Below are positions 1 to 10,300 of a stretch of 58,089 bases of DNA, one piece after another. Position 1 is the first letter of the stretch; each line of letters begins with the position of its first letter. The position numbers were made by a program, and so were the translations under genes. A model generated the notes under the pieces. It worked only from the letters and a program-made list of their open reading frames with translations, did no database searches and was not told the origin of the DNA. Source of the stretch: Clostridiales bacterium (GTDB lineage: Bacteria > Bacillota > Clostridia > Oscillospirales > Oscillospiraceae); the NCBI GenBank assembly GCA_029267755.1, contig JAJUHS010000001.1, forward strand, positions 1-58,089. Reading direction: 5' to 3'.

Positions 1-93
1 AGCATCCTTAAAAACAGGCTGTTCATCGTCAACGCAACCAGATATCCCGACTCCATCCTGCTCGAATACTATATGGTCGAGATAGAAAAATAA
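1..93 (+). CDS. 3' end of an unknown protein (partial)
   Basis: Open frame from base 1 (SILKNRLFIVNATRYPDSILLEYYMVEIEK*) ending TAA at 91-93, followed by a terminator hairpin. Confidence 0.55.
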   Translation, partial: SILKNRLFIVNATRYPDSILLEYYMVEIEK

Positions 94-121
94 AATTGGC
101 CGCATTTTACCGTCTGCACGG

Positions 122-156
122 AGAACCGCCTCCTCTTTGGGATGCGGTTCTTTTTT
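122..156. terminator. Intrinsic terminator between convergent genes
   Basis: agaaccgc...gcggttct stem followed by a T run. Confidence 0.7.
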
Positions 157-163
157 CTTGGCT

Positions 164-769
164 TTACACCTTTTCGGCAGTTATCACCGACACCTCGTAC
201 GCTGTTTTTTCGACTCCGACTCCATTCTGAACCTTTATGTATTTGCGGCTTTGAAGCCGCCCTTCGAGTTTCACCGTCGTTCCGACGGTCCACTCGCTCG
301 CTTCCGCCGCCGTCTGCCCCCAGGCTATGCAGGGCAGATAATCCGAACGTTCGTAACGCCTGTTTACCGCAAGCATAAGGTCGCAGATTTCGCGTCCCAT
401 AGGCGTCTTGCGAAAATTCGGAGCTTTGCAGAGTGTTCCTGTGAGAAAAACTGTATTTTTATCCTCTTCGTCTGAGAACTGAAGTTCTCGGGCGAGAACT
501 GTTATAATAAGCTTGCTGCCTTTGCCGCTCTTATTATTAAACGAGCGTGCCTCGCCCCTTATATATAATTTACTGCCCTCCGCAATCTCTGTTTTTTTAA
601 GCATAGCCGCGCTAATAACGACATTTAGCCTGTCGGTCGTTCCAGACAGCCGCTCTACTTCAAGCGGAAACATATAATAGTCTTCCGTCCTGCTCCTGTG
701 AGAAAATTCAGGTTTTCCGCCAAGCACTCCGATAAGTTCAACCAGATTATTAGTCCACAGTTCCTCCAT
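164..769 (-). CDS. ssb: Single-stranded DNA-binding protein, clostridial tandem-OB type
   Basis: Motifs ERLSGTTD, RKTPMGREICDLMLAVNR, SDYLPCIAWG, GRLQSRKY; start MEELWT at 769 chosen from RBS aaagga. Confidence 0.85.
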   Translation of the reverse strand: MEELWTNNLVELIGVLGGKPEFSHRSRTEDYYMFPLEVERLSGTTDRLNVVISAAMLKKTEIAEGSKLYIRGEARSFNNKSGKGSKLIITVLARELQFSDEEDKNTVFLTGTLCKAPNFRKTPMGREICDLMLAVNRRYERSDYLPCIAWGQTAAEASEWTVGTTVKLEGRLQSRKYIKVQNGVGVEKTAYEVSVITAEKV

Positions 770-839
770 GCTTACCATTCCTTTCAAGCCAGCTTCCTGT
801 GGACAGTATATTCGGGTATGTCCCCTCTTATAACAAGCC

Positions 840-1205
840 TCAGAAGAATTCGGCAAGCTTTTCGGGAGGTATTCCGGCAATCATAAACATTCCCGCAACG
901 GCCAGAAAGCTCTCCTCCGATAAGCCCTCGGGGCGGCGAAGCGATATTTCCTGCCGCTCTATTATTTCACCATCGAGCGTTGGCAGCTCGCGCTGAAGTG
1001 ATATAACGGTTTCGTAATCCGATATGCTCGAAGGAGATATAGTGCTTTTCTCAGATAGCCCGTAGCTTACCACACAGTCTGCATCATAATAGCCAAGCAA
1101 CTCGGAAGCGGTATCGGGAATGAGAAGTATTCTGCAGCTCTGAGGTTTTTTTTCACTCGCATCGATGGCTGATTTTGGTGGAATAACTATCAGGTTTTTT
1201 TTCAT
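840..1205 (-). CDS. Conserved clostridial hypothetical protein
   Basis: 121 aa with RBS; VVSYGLSEKSTISPSSI and SLQRELPTLDGEIIERQE motifs. Confidence 0.7.
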   Translation of the reverse strand: MKKNLIVIPPKSAIDASEKKPQSCRILLIPDTASELLGYYDADCVVSYGLSEKSTISPSSISDYETVISLQRELPTLDGEIIERQEISLRRPEGLSEESFLAVAGMFMIAGIPPEKLAEFF

Positions 1206-1216
1206 ATTATTATAAC

Positions 1217-1300
1217 CTTTCCTTTCTCGGCTGCCGCTTTAGCGGCGAGAAAAAAGCGCACGCTTGAAGTTTATTTCAAGCTTAACCCCTGAAATAGTTT
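1217..1300 (-). repeat. Dispersed 5'-UTR hairpin element, copy A
   Basis: Minus strand reads aaactatttcagg...ttcaagcgtgcgcttttttctcgccgctaaagcggcagccgagaaagg; similar to 29546-29617 and 36175-36226. Confidence 0.65.
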
Positions 1301-1370
1301 TAACGAGGTGACGGCTTTTATTCAAAATAAAAAGGCGAACTAAACGTCCGCCTGTAACTTATAAAGGTTT

Positions 1371-1910
1371 CTATTTTTTAATATTGAGAATTTTACTGTT
1401 TCTGATGAAGTATTCCACTCCGGACCAGACCGTAACCAGAATCATAATGGTATAGCAAATCGTATCTATAAGAATCATAGTGTCTTTCTGTCCGACCGGC
1501 ATCAGCATGACGCAGATGGCTATTATCGAAACCGCCGTCTTGATTTTTCCCGACCACGCGGCCGCAATCACCAGCCCCTCTGCCGCGGCTACCAGACGTA
1601 GTCCGGTTACGGCGAATTCCCTGGCGATTATTATCATGGCTGCCCAGCTCGGCATCTGCCCCCTCTCAACAAACACGAGTATAGCGGCAGTCACAAGCAA
1701 CTTGTCGGCGAGAGGGTCTAAAAATTTTCCGAAGTTGGTGCTTTGATTATACTTCCTCGCCACATAGCCGTCGACGCTGTCGGTAACGCTAGCCAGAATG
1801 AATATTATAAGCGCTATTATCTGCGCGTATTGCTCGTCTGTAAGCACCGCCATCAAAAAAAGCGGTATCATGGCAATGCGCAAAATTGTTATTTTGTTTG
1901 CCGTCGTCAT
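1371..1910 (-). CDS. pgsA: CDP-diacylglycerol--glycerol-3-phosphate 3-phosphatidyltransferase
   Basis: DSVDGYVARK...FGKFLDPLADK CDP-alcohol phosphatidyltransferase motif. Confidence 0.95.
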   Translation of the reverse strand: MTTANKITILRIAMIPLFLMAVLTDEQYAQIIALIIFILASVTDSVDGYVARKYNQSTNFGKFLDPLADKLLVTAAILVFVERGQMPSWAAMIIIAREFAVTGLRLVAAAEGLVIAAAWSGKIKTAVSIIAICVMLMPVGQKDTMILIDTICYTIMILVTVWSGVEYFIRNSKILNIKK

Positions 1911-3229
1911 TCTTCCACCTCGCCCGTAAGATCACCGTCCAACGTGCCTGTAATCCGAACCCTTACAAACTCGCCGGGTTCGGCTTCCCCCTCGAAAAAC
2001 ACCTTGCCATCCACATCGGGCGAGTCGGCAAAGCTTCTTCCGAACATACATTCAGCGTATTCGTCATAACCCTCGACAATCACCTCCGTTACCGTACCTA
2101 TACGCTTCTCGTTGAATTCGTCGATTACCCGCGACTGTATATCAACGAGCAGCTCGGCCCTATGCTCCGCAGTTTCCCTGTCCGGACGGTCATCCATTTC
2201 CGCCGCGGGAGTCCCCTCCTCTGGGGAATATGCGAACACGCCTGCGCGCTCAATCTTTGCCTCTCGCAGGAAGTCCGAAAGTTCCTCGAACTCCGCCTCT
2301 CCCTCTCCCGGCAAACCGGTTATAATGCTTGTTCTAAGCACAAGCCCCGGAATTTTATCGCGAAGCTTTTTAAACAGCGCCCGAATCTCCCTGCCGGTTC
2401 CACGCCGGTTCATTCTCTTAAGTATGCCGTCGTTTATATGCTGTATCGGTATGTCGAGGTACTTCAGTACCTTTTCCTCCGAGGCAATGACGTCTATAAG
2501 CCTGTCGTCGATTTCGTCGGGGTAGAGATAGTGAAGCCGTATCCACTTTACCCCTTCAATATGGCAAAGCTTTAGAATAAGCTCATAAAGCTTCCTCTCC
2601 CCATATAGGTCCAAACCATATCTCGTGATGTCCTGGGCTATGACTATAATCTCCCTTGCGCCCATTGCGGCAAGAGCCCCGGCCTCTTTCAGGACATTTT
2701 CCATCGGCCTGCTCCGGTATTTTCCGCGAAGCCCCGGAATCACACAGTATGCGCAGCGGTTGTCGCAACCCTCCGCGATACGGAGGTAAGCCCACCCGGG
2801 ACCGCTCGTCACTATTCTCTCCGTTTCCGAAACGGGCGCGTCGATGTCTCCGAAGCGGCTCACGCGTTCTCCGTTCAGAACTTCCGCAAGCGCCTCCGCG
2901 ATCTCGTCAAAGCTGCCGCAGCCCACAAGTCCGTCAACCTCCGGCATTTCTTCCATTATCTCGTTCTTATAGCGTTCTGAAAGGCATCCAGCGACGATTA
3001 TCTTTTTGAGCCGTCCCGCCTTTTTAAGCTCCGCATACTCCAGTATGTTCTCGATCGCCTCGGTTTTGGCGCTCTCTATGAAGCCGCAGGTATTTATTAT
3101 TACAGCTTCGGCATCTTCCACTGAGCCGGTTATGTCAAATCCAGCCTCTTGAAGCTTCCAAAGCATCTGCTCGCTGTTGACCATATTTTTGGCGCACCCC
3201 AGCGAAACCATTCCCACTTTACAGGACAT
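1907..3229 (-). CDS. rimO: Ribosomal protein S12 methylthiotransferase
   Basis: SLGCAKN, NTCGFI, radical SAM CDNRCAYC motif, C-terminal TRAM domain with DSPDVDG. Confidence 0.95.
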   Translation of the reverse strand: MSCKVGMVSLGCAKNMVNSEQMLWKLQEAGFDITGSVEDAEAVIINTCGFIESAKTEAIENILEYAELKKAGRLKKIIVAGCLSERYKNEIMEEMPEVDGLVGCGSFDEIAEALAEVLNGERVSRFGDIDAPVSETERIVTSGPGWAYLRIAEGCDNRCAYCVIPGLRGKYRSRPMENVLKEAGALAAMGAREIIVIAQDITRYGLDLYGERKLYELILKLCHIEGVKWIRLHYLYPDEIDDRLIDVIASEEKVLKYLDIPIQHINDGILKRMNRRGTGREIRALFKKLRDKIPGLVLRTSIITGLPGEGEAEFEELSDFLREAKIERAGVFAYSPEEGTPAAEMDDRPDRETAEHRAELLVDIQSRVIDEFNEKRIGTVTEVIVEGYDEYAECMFGRSFADSPDVDGKVFFEGEAEPGEFVRVRITGTLDGDLTGEVEE

Positions 3230-3270
3230 CAGTTTTTCCTCCGTAAATTAATGAAAACGCCCGCTGGTTG

Positions 3271-3918
3271 TCACATCCAATCATTGTCCGAATCAAAACC
3301 TGGCGTTTCGTTTGCAGCTTTGTACCTTGAGATAGCCTCGTGTATCTCATCCCAGGAAAAGCCGCGGCGGTACAAAGCATCCGAGGCCTTTTTCAGTTCC
3401 TTCGCGCCGACACCGTTTTTAAGCTTTGCTCTGAGCAAACGATCAATGCTCTCCTCATTTGCGGCGTATTCTGAAAGCGCCTCGTCCCACAGCTCACGGG
3501 GCACGCCGCGCCTGAAAAACTCATCCTTTATCCTGGCTTTGCCGTATCCCTTTGCGGCACAGCGCCGCACAAGTGCGGCCGCGTATTCCGCATCGTCCAA
3601 AGCGCCCATGTCCCTGAGCCATCCGCATGCCTCCTCCGCGTCCTCTTTATTAACTCCTTTTTCAGACAGGCGCCTTTTGAGCTCCTTTTCGGTGAGCGGT
3701 TGCGCTCCTATCATCGCCGCCGCCTTCGCCCTCGCGGTCTGCTTCCCGCATTCGGATTTGACACTCTCAAGCTCGGAGTCGGCAAGCTCCCTGCCCGGCA
3801 GAAGGCCGAACTTAGCGACGACGGTCTCCGGCACTTCAAGCGCGGGAGTGCCGTCAAAATGAAGGATATATCCGTCCCCGCGCTTTGACTTTTCTACACT
3901 CGCAATACGCAGGCTCAT
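3271..3918 (-). CDS. recX: RecA regulator RecX
   Basis: Directly after rec[23 protein letters not shown] motifs. Confidence 0.9.
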   Translation of the reverse strand: MSLRIASVEKSKRGDGYILHFDGTPALEVPETVVAKFGLLPGRELADSELESVKSECGKQTARAKAAAMIGAQPLTEKELKRRLSEKGVNKEDAEEACGWLRDMGALDDAEYAAALVRRCAAKGYGKARIKDEFFRRGVPRELWDEALSEYAANEESIDRLLRAKLKNGVGAKELKKASDALYRRGFSWDEIHEAISRYKAANETPGFDSDNDWM

Positions 3919-5015
3919 TCGTCAAAGTCGTCGGCATCAATATCCACGGCGCGCCCCGCAGCTTTAGCGGCCGCCTTTGACTGCACGCCCATCAGCTTAT
4001 ACGCGTTCTGCCTTACCTCCGCTTCAAGCTCTGCGGCTGCCTCCGGGTTCGCCTTTAAAAATTCCTTTGCTCCGTCCCTTCCCTGCACGCGGCTTCCGCA
4101 TACAGTGAACCAAGAGCCGCTTTTCTCGACAAGATCGAGCTTGACTCCGATGTCGATGAGCTCTCCGACCTTTGATATGCCCTCTCCGTACATTATATCA
4201 AACTCTGCCTCCTTGAATGGGGGCGCTACCTTATTCTTGGTTATTTTCACCTTTGTGCGGTTTCCTATTATCTCGGAACCGTTTTTGAGAGACTCTATCC
4301 GGCGTACATCTATACGGACGCTGGCATAGAACTTAAGAGCTCTGCCGCCGGTAGTTGTTTCGGGGTTGCCGTACGAGGTTCCGATTTTTTCGCGAAGCTG
4401 ATTGATAAACACAACCACGCAGTTTGTCTTTGATATCGAGCCTGCGAGCTTGCGAAGCGCCTGAGACATGAGTCTTGCCTGAAGGCCGACGAAGGAATCA
4501 CCCATTTCGCCCTCGATCTCGCTTCTCGGAACGAGCGCCGCGACCGAGTCGACTATCACGGCGTCGATAGCACCCGATCGCACGAGCGCCTCGGTTATCT
4601 CCAGCGCCTGCTCGCCCGTATCGGGCTGTGAAACCAGCAGATTGTCGATATCGACGCCAAGGGCGCGGGCATAGGAGGGATCCAGCGCATGCTCCGCATC
4701 GATGAACGCCACCTCGCCGCCGAGTTTCTGAGCCGAGGCGAGTATGTGAAGTGCAAGCGTCGTCTTGCCGGAGGACTCAGGCCCATATATTTCGATTATT
4801 CGGCCCTTGGGCACTCCGCCAATGCCGAGCGCAAGGTCAAGTGAAAGCGAGCCTGTCGGAATCGCCGCTACATTGATGCCCGAATTATCTCCGAGACGCA
4901 TAACCGCTCCCTTTCCATAATTCTTTTCTATTTGGGCGAGAGCGGTCTCAAGCGCTTTCTTCTTGTCGGAAGCGGGAGCCGCGGATTCCATCGGGGCTTT
5001 TTTCTTATCAGCCAT
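3915..5015 (-). CDS. recA: Recombinase A
   Basis: [31 protein letters not shown]. Confidence 0.99.
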   Translation of the reverse strand: MADKKKAPMESAAPASDKKKALETALAQIEKNYGKGAVMRLGDNSGINVAAIPTGSLSLDLALGIGGVPKGRIIEIYGPESSGKTTLALHILASAQKLGGEVAFIDAEHALDPSYARALGVDIDNLLVSQPDTGEQALEITEALVRSGAIDAVIVDSVAALVPRSEIEGEMGDSFVGLQARLMSQALRKLAGSISKTNCVVVFINQLREKIGTSYGNPETTTGGRALKFYASVRIDVRRIESLKNGSEIIGNRTKVKITKNKVAPPFKEAEFDIMYGEGISKVGELIDIGVKLDLVEKSGSWFTVCGSRVQGRDGAKEFLKANPEAAAELEAEVRQNAYKLMGVQSKAAAKAAGRAVDIDADDFDE

Positions 5016-5043
5016 ATCCTACACCTCAATCAATTAAAATTAA

Positions 5044-5901
5044 TTAGACAACCTTGCCGACAACGACGCGGTCTATACCCTGCGTGTCCTTGACGGTCTT
5101 GTAATATATGAACTCTCCATTTGAAATTATGTTCTTAACGTCCTGCGCCTGCCCGATGCCGCATTCGAGCGCGATAAAACCGCCGGGCCTCAGCACCTTC
5201 CGCCAAGACGACGCAAGGTAACGGTAAAAGTCGAGCCCGTCCTCTCCGCCGTCGAGAGCGCCGAGAGGCTCGAAGTCCCTTACCGAGCGGTCAAGCTCCA
5301 ATATGTCATTTGTGGGAATGTAGGGGGGGTTGCAGACTATAATGTCAAAGGTTCCGAGCAGCATTGGCGGAGCCTCCCTGACGTCCGCCCTTATGCAGTT
5401 CGTCCGCAGTGCGAGATGATTTTTTAAAATATTCGCGCGGCAAACCTTTAACGCTTCCTCCGATATGTCTGACAACACAGCTTTCGCCCCCGGCAGCTTA
5501 TGGGCGAGCGCGATTCCGATGCAGCCGCTTCCGGTGCAGAGGTCGAGGATCCTTGGCTCCTCTTTTCCCGCCAAAAGCTCAAGTGCCGTATCCACAAGGA
5601 TTTCCGAGTCAGAGCGCGGGATAAGAACATCCTTTGTTATAACAAGAGGCAGTCCGTAAAACTCCCAGTCGCCCGTAATATAAGCCACCGGCTCTCCTGA
5701 GAGGCGCCTCTCAATAAGCCCCGCGACCTTTTCCTCATACTCAGAGGCGACATAGAGCCTGGCATCGCGGATAAACTCTTCTTTGGTTTTTCCGGCGGCG
5801 GCCGAAAGTATTATTCGCGCTTCAAGGCTATATTCCTCGATACCCGCCGCCTTAAGTCTCTTTCTGGCTTCCAGATATATGTCGTTATATGTTTTTGGCA
5901 C
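5044..5901 (-). CDS. prmC: Release factor glutamine methyltransferase
   Basis: LDLCTGSGCI and NPPY motifs; GTG start with GGAGG RBS. Confidence 0.95.
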   Translation of the reverse strand: MPKTYNDIYLEARKRLKAAGIEEYSLEARIILSAAAGKTKEEFIRDARLYVASEYEEKVAGLIERRLSGEPVAYITGDWEFYGLPLVITKDVLIPRSDSEILVDTALELLAGKEEPRILDLCTGSGCIGIALAHKLPGAKAVLSDISEEALKVCRANILKNHLALRTNCIRADVREAPPMLLGTFDIIVCNPPYIPTNDILELDRSVRDFEPLGALDGGEDGLDFYRYLASSWRKVLRPGGFIALECGIGQAQDVKNIISNGEFIYYKTVKDTQGIDRVVVGKVV

Positions 5902-5943
5902 CGGATACCACCTCCGTTTGCAAGCCGCAAATCCGGTTTGATT

Positions 5944-6885
5944 TCACCATGCGTCGGCGCCCTTTTCCTCGGGTATTACCACCTTGAGAGCGGCTATCGC
6001 AACCTCAAGCATCGAGTCGTCCGGCTCGAAAACCGTAAGCTTCTGCAAAGCCTTGCCGGGCGCCGCGAGTATTGTTGAAAGAACATTGTCATGCCGGCCT
6101 GTCCAGCGGCTTATCTCGTAGCTTATCCCCACCACCACAGGCAACAGCAAAATTCGTATTCCCATTCTTACGAGAGGGTTGGACCAGCTTACCGCGGAAA
6201 AAACCAGTGTGCTGACTATAATGACTATAAACAGGAAGCTTGTACCGCATCTCGGATGCTCCCGTGGCTGTATTCTTGCGTTTTCAACAGTGAGCGGGAG
6301 CCCGTTTTCATAGCAAAATATGGACTTGTGCTCAGCTCCGTGATATTCAAAAACGCGCCGTATGTCCTTGACTTTGGTTACTCCCCAGAGATAAACGAGG
6401 AATATCGCGATTCTGATAATACCCTCTATAAGGTTTTTTATTAAGTTCGAGCTTATAAAATGCGTAACAACCCCGGCGGCCAGCGTCGGCAGCAATATAA
6501 AAATTCCAACGGAAAACGCAATGCCAAGAACCACGGAAAGACCTATGATATACTTCTTTGCCTTTTCCGCACCGAACTTATTTTCTATCCAGCGGTCGAA
6601 TTTATCCGGCTCATACTCCCCATCCTCCGACTGCTCGGCGGAATACATCAGGGCGTTCACCCCCTTTATCATGCTGTCCAGAAAGTTGACAGACCCGCGT
6701 ATAAATGGAAGCCCGAGAATAGGATAGCGATCCTTTGTTAGCGTAAGCTCCTCTTCCTTTGTGACAAGTCCGTCCTTAGTCCTTACTACTATCGCCTGTT
6801 TTTTCGGTCCCCGCATCAATATGCCTTCGATAAGCGCCTGTCCGCCGATGCTCGTTCGGAATGTGCCTGATTTCTGCTTCATCAT
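5944..6885 (-). CDS. DUF1385 family membrane protein
   Basis: IGGQALIEG, YHGAEHK, HPRCGTSF motifs; usual neighbour of prmC. Confidence 0.9.
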   Translation of the reverse strand: MMKQKSGTFRTSIGGQALIEGILMRGPKKQAIVVRTKDGLVTKEEELTLTKDRYPILGLPFIRGSVNFLDSMIKGVNALMYSAEQSEDGEYEPDKFDRWIENKFGAEKAKKYIIGLSVVLGIAFSVGIFILLPTLAAGVVTHFISSNLIKNLIEGIIRIAIFLVYLWGVTKVKDIRRVFEYHGAEHKSIFCYENGLPLTVENARIQPREHPRCGTSFLFIVIIVSTLVFSAVSWSNPLVRMGIRILLLPVVVGISYEISRWTGRHDNVLSTILAAPGKALQKLTVFEPDDSMLEVAIAALKVVIPEEKGADAW

Positions 6886-7034
6886 TTTCTCCAATCCCGA
6901 ATGGCAGCCATCCGGAGATAAACATGCAAACTTACAGATTTTCTATTGATTATATCACAACTGATTTAGGATGTGTAGTATTTTGTGAATATAAATGGCG
7001 ATTGACTTTATCCGTTTGGGAAACAAAATAACAC

Positions 7035-7063
7035 TTGAAATCCGTCACTCCTTATTGTATAAT
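7035..7063 (+). promoter_or_regulatory. SigA promoter of tRNA-Leu
   Basis: TTGAAA-17 nt-TATAAT. Confidence 0.75.
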
Positions 7064-7078
7064 CTAATCTGTTTCTAC

Positions 7079-7165
7079 GCCGGTGTGATGGAATTGGCAG
7101 ACGTGCTGGACTCAAAATCCAGTGGTAGCGATACCGTACCGGTTCGACCCCGGTCACCGGCACCA
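7079..7165 (+). tRNA. tRNA-Leu (anticodon CAA)
   Basis: Acceptor GCCGGTG/CACCGGC plus ACCA, anticodon arm ctgga-ctCAAaa-tccag, long variable arm, GGTTCGA T-loop. Confidence 0.97.
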
Positions 7166-7166
7166 A

Positions 7167-7205
7167 AAAGCCTCAAGTATCGATAATGCTTGAGGCTTTA
7201 TTATT
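7167..7205 (+). terminator. tRNA terminator
   Basis: aaagcctcaagtat...atgcttgaggcttt hairpin. Confidence 0.75.
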
Positions 7206-7277
7206 TAATTGCTTGCTTTAATAGTGTCCGTTGATTTTATATCTACGGACATATTGTATTTTCTCCTTGTCTTTACA

Positions 7278-7318
7278 GGCAGCCATGGCGCAGCGATTTC
7301 GCCGCGCCATGGCTGCCA
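7278..7318 (-). terminator. Strong hairpin downstream of the giant hydrolase gene
   Basis: ggcagccatggcgc...gcgccatggctgcc 14-bp stem; weak U tail. Confidence 0.55.
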
Positions 7319-7365
7319 TATAAATTATGAGAAGATTTTTATATAATGTCTGCTGTTCAGCGGCA

Positions 7366-10300
7366 TTATTTATCGGGGTTTGTGTTTGCCGCGTCTACGT
7401 TTCCGAATATAACCATCGTCTGATCTTCAGCATACCAGGTTGCGGTCAGAGCCTTAAAGGCCGGGATGGAGGAAAGATTCTTAGCAGTCGTATAAAGTGC
7501 TCCATTCTTTTCAACGACTCCGGCGATTGAAGCCGTGATACCGGAAACATCCGCGCCTATTACCCTTGCGACATAGGAAACCGGGATATAGGGCGTCCCC
7601 TTTTCGTCAAGGATCAGAGGGGTTTTAATTCTGCGGTCTACATAGTTTACAACAGCAGTGTCCGAGCCCGGGGTGAGAACGATTTTAGTCCCCTTTGGGT
7701 TGCCCTTAAGCCATTTGTCGAGGTAATTCAGAAGTCCCGCCTTGACGACGGCCGTTTTGCCGTAGTTGCCCTGAGTGTTTCCGTAGTAGAACGTAAGCAC
7801 GCCGTTGTTCTGAAGCTCCTTAAAGGTTCGCATTGACTGGTTGTTTGTTATGTTCTGCGCCCCGCCGAAACCACCGTAGAGCGCCATCACGGGATCGTCC
7901 GGCGAAACATAGCTTATCGGGCTGGTCTCAGCTGCGCGCTGGATCGCAGCAAGAATCTCCGCGACGGTGTAGGTGTAGGTTCCGAGCGTGGTTACCGTTC
8001 CGGCTGCGAACAGACCGTCGGTGGTGCCGAACGGGAACCAGCGTTCTCTGTAAGCGCTATCAATTGTAAACGTATAGCATAGCTCGCCCTCACTGTTTTC
8101 GCAGAAATGATATGCTCTTCCCTCAGTGTTTGCAAGACTGCCGTTTATGCCTTTCTTGTAGAGTTCATACTGCTCCATAAAGTTTCTGAGCATAAGGAAA
8201 CCCTTTCCGGCTCCGTACCAGTTAATTGCACTTGCGGCCGGGGCGTTCTCCCCGTCACCTCCGCTTATCATCGAGGCGAGCAGATCGGTTCTTCCTGCGT
8301 TGTCCGTACGCTGGTCAAGGCCGAAGTTTATAAGGTCGGTCCATCCGTAACCGATTACCGCGGCCTGTACGCGGCTTGAAATGCCTGTGTTTCCGCCGAC
8401 GCCGCCTTCAATGGAGCTATAAGCGCCAACTGCGGCTCCAAGAGATGAGTTTCCGCCCAGCGACTGTCCGTAGAGAGCGAACTTCTCGGAGTTGAGGTTA
8501 TACTTATCCGCGTTCGCCCGCAGGAACCTGACGTTGCCGCTGATATCCGCGTACCAGTCGGGAGTGCACTCTGGCGGATAAGCTCTGAGGTCAACGCCCG
8601 CTACGGCATAGCCGTTTGCGAGGCAGGCCATAAGGAAGGAATCTATTCCGCTGATATCGCCGCCGTAGCCGTGAACGAATATCACCAGCGGTACGGCGCC
8701 TGACTTGGCCTCATTTGGCAGGTATATGTTGATATTGAGGCTCTTCATAGTTGGCAGGTACAGTCCGTCGGTAAGCGGCTGTATCCCGATCCTGGTCATC
8801 TGCACCCTGTTGAAGCTCGGGAAAGCCACGCCTCCCCTTGCCATTCCGCCAGTATAATCCTGCGCCCTGCCGTTAAACTGTATAGCCTCCGGCTCAAATA
8901 CGATTCCAGCATCGTCGAAGGTTGCCTTGCTGATGACCGTTCCGCCGGAAATAGTCTCATACCTTACGGTGTATCCGTCGACTGGCAGCTTAATCCATGT
9001 GCCGTTGTAATATAGATGCTTGGCGTCGCTGAAGAAATACATCGTCCCAGCATACTGGGCTCCCGAGGCAAGTGTAACCGTACCATTATAGACGTTTGAG
9101 TTCTTCTCGGTCGTCGGAAGCACTATGCAGGAAGGGCTGTCTCCGCCTGTGCCGATCGTAATTTCGGTATCCGAAGAAACATTCAGCTTGAAGTATGTGC
9201 CCGCAGCGTATGATTTTGTTATGGCATCCGTAAAGTCGACCTTTACGTTTACCGGGTTGCCGGTCATATCTACGGACAGATTTTTGCTTACTATTGCGCT
9301 GCTTCCGGTTTTGGAGCCAAGTTCTATTGAAACAGCCAGATTTGCCTTAGTGCCGGCTGCGCCGGTAACCCACAGGTAAGCCTGAGCGAAGCCGACGAGC
9401 TCAAGGTTGGAACCGCTGGTGCTCATGTTGGGCGCAGAGCTGAAGCTGAGGCTCTTGCCGCTCATGGAAGCCGCCGTATCCGGAAGCGCCGGATTCAAAG
9501 TGCCGGAATTTCCGCTTCCTCCCTCCGCTATGGAATCAAGGTCGTCAAGGTATAGCTTTGAATAGTTTTCCTCTTCGGTCGGGAATGTGTTGCTGTACCG
9601 CCAGCTGGCTGCTCCCTTCAAGTCGGGAACATTGTAATAATACTTCGGGGCTGAGCTGTTTGTGTTGTTTATAAGCACGCCCTGATTGTTCCAGCCCTCT
9701 GCCGCGGTATAGTAAGATGTATCGCGTATAGTCTTGCTCTCCTGAACAGTATTTTTGGGCGGAGTGGAAATCATCGTCTTTGCGAGAAGGTTGCCGTTTG
9801 CGTATGAAACAGTGACTATACCGTATGAGCCGGCAAGCCTGCCATGCTCAGGCAAAACCTTCCCGTTGCTGTCGTACCATGGTATGTAGGAGCCTTTTTT
9901 GCCCGCCGGATAGTATTTTACCGCAAGACCGGTTATGGAGGTTACATATTTGACCGTGCCGTAAATATGTCCGTTTACTGTCATCGTCTGTCCGGGAACT
10001 TCATAAGCCGGAACTGTGCTTCCGATAAGTGAACGCAAAAGCTCAAGACTTATCCATGCGGCGCCGTCCCGCTCAATTACCGGCTGGACATCGGAGGACG
10101 ACGAAACATAATTCGCAGCTACGTTGTACTTCCTTGTTTTGCTGTCTGCCGCATAAAGGGCTATTTTCGTATCCTCGGGCTTGTTTTTAAGATATGTGTC
10201 CAGATACGCGTCTATGGAAGCGCAGACCTCCTCCATGGAGCCGTATGCGTAGGCGCTGACGCCCGCCTGAGTGTTCGCAGCCTCGAAAGCGGTCGCATCC

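Noticed and set aside
5016..5043. LexA (Cheo) box before recA
   Set aside because: No GAAC-N4-GTTC in the short prmC-recA gap
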